From positions 21,638,001-21,702,000 of the forward strand of contig NC_043012.1 of the NCBI RefSeq assembly GCF_006345805.1: 64,000 nt of DNA. Direction: 5' to 3'. The DNA is from Octopus sinensis (lineage: Eukaryota). How positions within the stretch are numbered: position 1 is the first letter of the stretch; the number at the start of each line of letters is the position of its first letter. The translations under genes were made by a program, and so were the position numbers. Below are positions 59,948 through 64,000 of this stretch, one piece after another. A model generated the notes under the pieces. That model was not told where the DNA came from. It searched no databases and saw nothing but the letters and a program-made list of their open reading frames with translations.

Positions 59948-61269
59948 GACCATTTTTTCACTATGCACTTAAAATCCGTGAGAGAAACATTTTCGGTTTT
60001 AAAAAAATTGTTAATAATTTCAGAGGAAAATGTGTGATATAAGGCAAATCTGGCTGTTGTTTCTAGCACATCCCCAAATCTCCCACCTCGTTTCTTTCTT
60101 ATACATCTATTGATATTTTTCAATATTTTTCTCCCCATAAATATTTTTTATAGAATGATGATGTCAAAGTAACATACATGTAGTCCCAACCGAGTAAGGC
60201 TGTGTTATGTGTGTGCGTGTATATGTGCATGTGTGTGTGTGTAAGAAAAAATCACCTAAAAACATCTTAAGTGTTCATATTAATCTGTCAAATGTAAAGC
60301 TTATTTGTTCACGTTATTCAAGTTCAAGAAGGGTGTCCACAATATTTGCTTGTAACTTTGTAAATCTTTTACACACAGATTTGAAATTCTGTCAGTGGGT
60401 GCTTTATATATCACTGGTTTATAGTTATGTAATTTTAGCTGATCTTGCTGAGTAAATTTGATTTTTATGGGCAGATAAATTTAATTAACAGGTGTAAAAG
60501 CAATAAAATTATGGATAAACACTAAAGTTGAAATTCTTAATGCATCTTACCTGTTTAATTTGTGACTAAAATTATCCCTGATGGCAACCAACAAAAATTT
60601 TGCGCCTTTTCAAGATGAAGTACATTAATTTGGTTTAATTAGAATACAGGTATAATCGGTACAAGATTTTATTCTTTCGGTAAATATTCCATACCTCGGT
60701 GTGGAATAAGTTTTTCGCAGTTTTTTTCGGATGCATTCAACATATCTGACCTACAAAGCTGACGCAAGCCACTTTTTTCCGGAAAAGAAAGGTGGGAAGG
60801 TTGGGACCTCGAAGTTTCCCACCAAAGGAATTTTGTTTTGCGGGTCTTTTTTTTCTTTTCCAGATTATTCTGCATACTTTCAACGAATGTGACATTAAAA
60901 TCAAGCATAAATGGCTCCTTTTTCAAGAAAAGGAAAGATTTGACTGCTATTTTTTGTATGCCCTGTTACCACATAACAGCTATTTGCATTCACACTGAAA
61001 TATATACCAACTTTTTTCTTTCCTTTTGTTTTTTCCACTTGATGGAAGTTAATATTTTCTCTGTTGACATCCACCTCACTGTTCTCTCTAGACAGGACAA
61101 AGAAATTTCCCGCTGTCTTTGCAAGCAACAAGAGGGTGGTTCTGGTTTCAAATCTAAGCAGGGTCAAATGAGCTCCTACATGTTATTTATAATAATAAGT
61201 GGCATTATGTCGGGGTTGAAAGAATGATGCGTACAGTTTTTAACTATGCTAAGACAATCTGTGAACAAT

Positions 61270-61620
61270 CATTATCATCATCATCGTTTAGATTCCGCTT
61301 TCCATGCTAGCATGGGTTGGACGATTCAACTGGGGTCTGGGAAGCCAGAAGGCTGCACCAGGCCCAGTCTGATCTGGCAATGTTTCTACGGCTGGATGCC
61401 CTTCCTAATGCCAACCACTCCGTGAGTGTAGTGGGTGCTTTTTATGTGCCACCAGCACAGGTGCCAGACAAGGCTGGCAAACGGCCACGATCGGATGGTG
61501 CTTTTTATGTGCCACCGGCACGGAGGCCAGTTGGGGCGGTGCTGGCAACGGCCACGTTCGGATGGTTCTCTTACGTGCCACCAGCACTGGTATCACAGCT
61601 ACAATCTCCATTGATGTTGA
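61270..61620 (-). mobile_element. RTE 3' tail and UTR
   Basis: Reverse complement of the RTE tail. Confidence 0.85.
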
Positions 61621-61764
61621 AACAATAGAAACTTTTAAACGTTTACCAGTTTTTGTGAAATCTGGGGGTTAACAGACTTGAGTTAACGGAAGCTAAATGT
61701 AAGAGAAGTTAATTAGTCTGATAATAAATTTCTATGTTAACTGAAAAGTTATATATATATAAAG

Positions 61765-62135
61765 CATGTTACTCTTTTACATGTTTCAGTCATTTGATTG
61801 TGGCCATGCTGGAGCACAGTACTTATTCTATCGGTCTCTTTTGCTGAACTGTTAAGTTACGGGGACATAAACACACCAGCATCAGTTGTCAAGCGATGTT
61901 GGGGGGCCAAACACACAAGTATATATATATATATATATATATAATAAAGTATTGATTGGGTATTATCTGATGGTTGATGATTGATTTAGGTATGTTTCTC
62001 CATTTTTCTCATTTTGTATATATATATATATATATCACCGTGACCGATCAGGCTGTCAGTTGTTGCTACACATCGCTGGTTACAATGCGCTTCACAGTGT
62101 TTTAGCCTTCAAATGACGCCACCCTGCTTTCTGTC

Positions 62136-62166
<31 letters not shown>

Positions 62167-62290
62167 CATACATACATATGACGTGCTTCTTTCAGTTTCC
62201 GTCTACCAAATCCACTCACAAGGCTTTGGTCGGCCCAAGGCTATAGTAGAAGATATTTGCCCAAGGTGCCACGTAGTGGGACTGAACCTA
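61765..62290 (-). mobile_element. SINE family C with extra sequence in its internal (TA)n
   Basis: Tail module at 61765-61920 and head module at 62180-62290. Confidence 0.75.
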
Positions 62291-62619
62291 AGTTGAAATC
62301 CATCATTCAAATTCTTTGCATGGTGATATGGACACTGAAAGAGAAAGAAGTAAGCAACTCTCAGATAATATGGAGCATTATTGCTAAAGCCAAAAAATAC
62401 AGGGAATGGGGCACCGAATATGAGGTCTGCTTTACTAAAAAGTTGAATATCATTCAGTAAAAAGCTAATAATTAAACTATTAGAGACAAAACTTTCTCTC
62501 CCTGCATGCATAAACAATATTTTACACTGATATTTCAAAGAGGACCCCCTACCCACTTCCCCACTCCTCCAACATGGATGAGTTTTCTTCTCTGAACATG
62601 AACATTAACTATATGCACA

Positions 62620-62785
62620 TTCTGAGTTCAAATTCCACCGAGGTCGATTTTGCCTTTCATCCTTTCGGGGTCGATAAATTAAGTACCAGTTGCGCACTGG
62701 GGGTCGATGTAATCCACTCAATCTGTTTGTCTGTCCTTGTTTGTCCCCTCTGTGTTTGGCCCCTTGTGGGTAGTAAAGAAATATA
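62620..62785 (+). mobile_element. SINE family A, 5'-truncated
   Basis: TTCTGAGTTCAAATTCC...GTAGTAAAGAAATA. Confidence 0.85.
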
Positions 62786-63192
62786 TATGCATCATACGAA
62801 CTTTACTGCATAAAAGACACATACCCTCATGCTGAGCTCCCTTCAACACACAAATTACATGAGCATTCCACATACCCAGAACATTACATGATATAAAATA
62901 ACTTATCATTCAATAACACCAAAACTCGTCATTAAAAGATGTATAAAAATATATGTGAAAATGCATGTAAAAATATGTACAAAAACATGTAGAAAATACG
63001 TGTAAGATACGCGAAACTTCAAAAATCATGTGTACACGTCCAAAATCCATACACAGACATGTATACATATGTTCATTTTGTGTGTGTGCAGGTATGTGTG
63101 TTTTGTATACGTGTGTGTGCATGCACATACATGTGAATGTATACATATGACAAAATACCGCATGATACATACAATAAACAAAAATATATATA

Positions 63193-63589
63193 ACTAGCAG
63201 TATCGCCCGGCATTGCTCGGGTTTGTAAGGGAAATAACAATATAAGCATTTTTAGAGATGTAAAGTATAATAGCCATCTCAATATGGCTAACCACAAAGG
63301 GGGGTGTTACTGTAGCTTTTTACGTTCTGAGATTTAATAATACATTTTTAGAGAGTTACTTCCCTTATATAATAGCAAAAAATGCATTAAAAATGGGAAA
63401 AAAATTAGGGTAATTTTTTTTTAAATCGTAGACTCATCGTAGACGCGCGCTAATACCCAGAAGGGCTCGATATGAATCACGACTATAAGATACCCGCTTT
63501 TGGTTACACTGCACCGCAAAATGTGGGAGTAGTTAGGAATCTAAATCGTAGGAGACAGACACACAACTTCACTTTTATATATATAGATA
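63193..63589 (+). mobile_element. HINE/Helentron-like non-autonomous element
   Basis: ACTAGCAGTATCGCCCGGCATTGCTCGGG start; ends GACAGACACACAACTTCACTTTTATATATATAGAT. Confidence 0.65.
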
Positions 63590-64000
63590 ACCCATGAGTA
63601 TACACATAAACTTATAAAATATACACAAACTCATACAACACTGTAAATTTTCGACACAAAACATTTGGCAACCAGGTGCACATATATGCAAACTATTAAG
63701 TAAACAAATTTTAAAATTGTAAAATTTTCAATTCAGCTAAAACATTAAGGCCGGTGTATGTATGTATCCAAATAGATGAAAATATACAAATGATTTCAAT
63801 TTTAGCAAAAGTCTAAGAGAGGTGATCATCCAAGAGTTGTCCCCCCTGATGTCATGTTTTTATTCACCTAAATATCTTGCGCAATTTTTACCGTGATTTT
63901 ACGCGTTTTAATCCAAATTTGAGACAGACACCGATGTTCCATGTGATACGCTAGATAATTGTTAAGGGCTTCTTTAGCATTAAACCAATGGTAGCTTTAA

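Overview
AT-rich, microsatellite-dense eukaryotic genomic DNA, most likely octopus (inferred from the SINE families and repeat landscape, not from a database match), with a 100-N scaffold gap at 9400-9499. One convincing cellular gene is present: an intronless mitochondrial carrier of the SLC25A45/47/48/29 group (17157..18077, +). Most other recognisable sequence is decayed mobile DNA: tRNA-headed SINEs, RTE and RTEX LINE ends, Dong/R4-type elements sitting in (TAA)n runs, Tx1/L1-like and CR1-like fragments, Penelope-like retroelements, Tc1/mariner copies, Helitron/Helentron-type elements and a Gypsy RT remnant. The main hunting result is a set of at least five unrelated short repeat families carrying minimal type I hammerhead ribozyme folds with self-complementary stem III. 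These include two non-canonical cores in which the tertiary 3:8 pair is compensatorily swapped (U3:A8 and G3:C8). Several copies form genomic fold-back palindromes; in one, the inverted arm starts exactly at the predicted cleavage site. All calls were made by eye from the sequence, and repeat boundaries are approximate.
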